Of a DNA stretch of 64,000 nt, positions 63,837 through 64,000 are shown one piece after another. The notes beneath the pieces were generated by a model that ran no database searches, had not been told where the DNA came from, and saw nothing but the letters and a program-made list of their open reading frames with translations. Positions within the stretch are counted from its first letter, which is position 1; every line of letters starts with the position of its first letter. The position numbers were made by a program, and so were the translations under genes. The stretch comes from Bryobacteraceae bacterium. GTDB lineage: Bacteria; Acidobacteriota; Terriglobia; Bryobacterales; Bryobacteraceae. The stretch spans positions 53,075-117,074 of the forward strand of contig JBPCOQ010000128.1 in assembly GCA_051000095.1 (NCBI GenBank). Reading direction: 5' to 3'.

Positions 63837-64000
63837 GGCTTCACCAGAGGGTCTGGTTCCAGGAACTGCAGTTGGTGAAGACGTTGATAGATGCCGCCAT
63901 GATTCACCAGCTCTTCATGAGCGCCGGTTTCCGTGATGCGGCCCTGATCGATCACGACGATCTTGCCGGCGCGGCGAATGGTTGAAAGGCGATGGGCGAT
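63833..64000 (-). CDS. C-terminal end of an ABC transporter ATPase (MsbA-like exporter); the 5' part lies outside the window
   Basis: The minus strand reads [45 protein letters not shown]... (H-loop onward). Its TGA overlaps the yicC ATG. Confidence 0.6.
   Translation of the reverse strand: MAHRLSTIRRAGKIVVIDQGRITETGAHEELVNHGGIYQRLHQLQFLEPDPLVKP

Noticed and set aside
1-64000. CRISPR arrays, rRNA genes, transposases, integrases or prophage genes.
   Set aside because: No regularly spaced direct repeats, rRNA-like sequence or recombinase/transposase translations were seen in any frame.

Overview
This is a high-GC bacterial chromosomal window. Gene content and repeat families point to an Acidobacteria-like (Solibacter/Bryobacter-type) genome: PEP-CTERM protein, TonB receptor with a carboxypeptidase-regulatory-like N-terminus, many ECF, efflux and peptidase genes. 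That taxonomic call is an inference only. About 60 protein genes can be supported, and most are housekeeping or envelope functions: rph, thrC, dcd, yebC, ruvC, deoB, PolX, Nudix, rdgB, yicC, an M16 peptidase pair, M13 and M20 peptidases, a MacB/FtsX-type ABC exporter, an RND efflux operon, a PQQ dehydrogenase with cytochrome c, an ECF sigma module, a NarL-type two-component system and a TonB-dependent receptor. There is one tRNA-Phe. No rRNA, CRISPR array, transposase or prophage was seen. Genes are tightly packed, and at least 14 junctions are 4-nt ATGA start/stop overlaps. The non-core content is in small islets. (1) A stump of a group II (class C-like) intron sits exactly 3' of a REP-type hairpin and abuts a start-less remnant of a restriction-helicase N-terminus (21.9-22.6 kb). 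(2) A gamma-class N6-adenine methyltransferase is paired with a frameshifted PD-(D/E)xK endonuclease (38.7-41.3 kb). (3) There are five toxin-antitoxin loci: brnTA and hicBA look intact, while vapBC and DUF433/DUF5615 are decayed. The DUF433/DUF5615 locus is flanked by a 32-nt direct repeat and a mosaic, internally deleted copy of yebC. (4) A 690-nt ORF-free, strand-asymmetric, hairpin-rich stretch lies at 24.1-24.8 kb and may be a structured RNA or a dead gene. (5) A pervasive family of intergenic hairpin repeats carries a conserved 5' GT(A/G)G, in at least 16 sites including inverted doublets. Some of them contribute codons and stop codons to flanking genes. I found no complete novel multi-gene system that I can defend. 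The most unusual items are the intron/REP/restriction-remnant junction, the REP family, the yebC mosaic and the ORF-free structured region. All homology statements come from reading the translations and from memory of family motifs. Nothing was computed.
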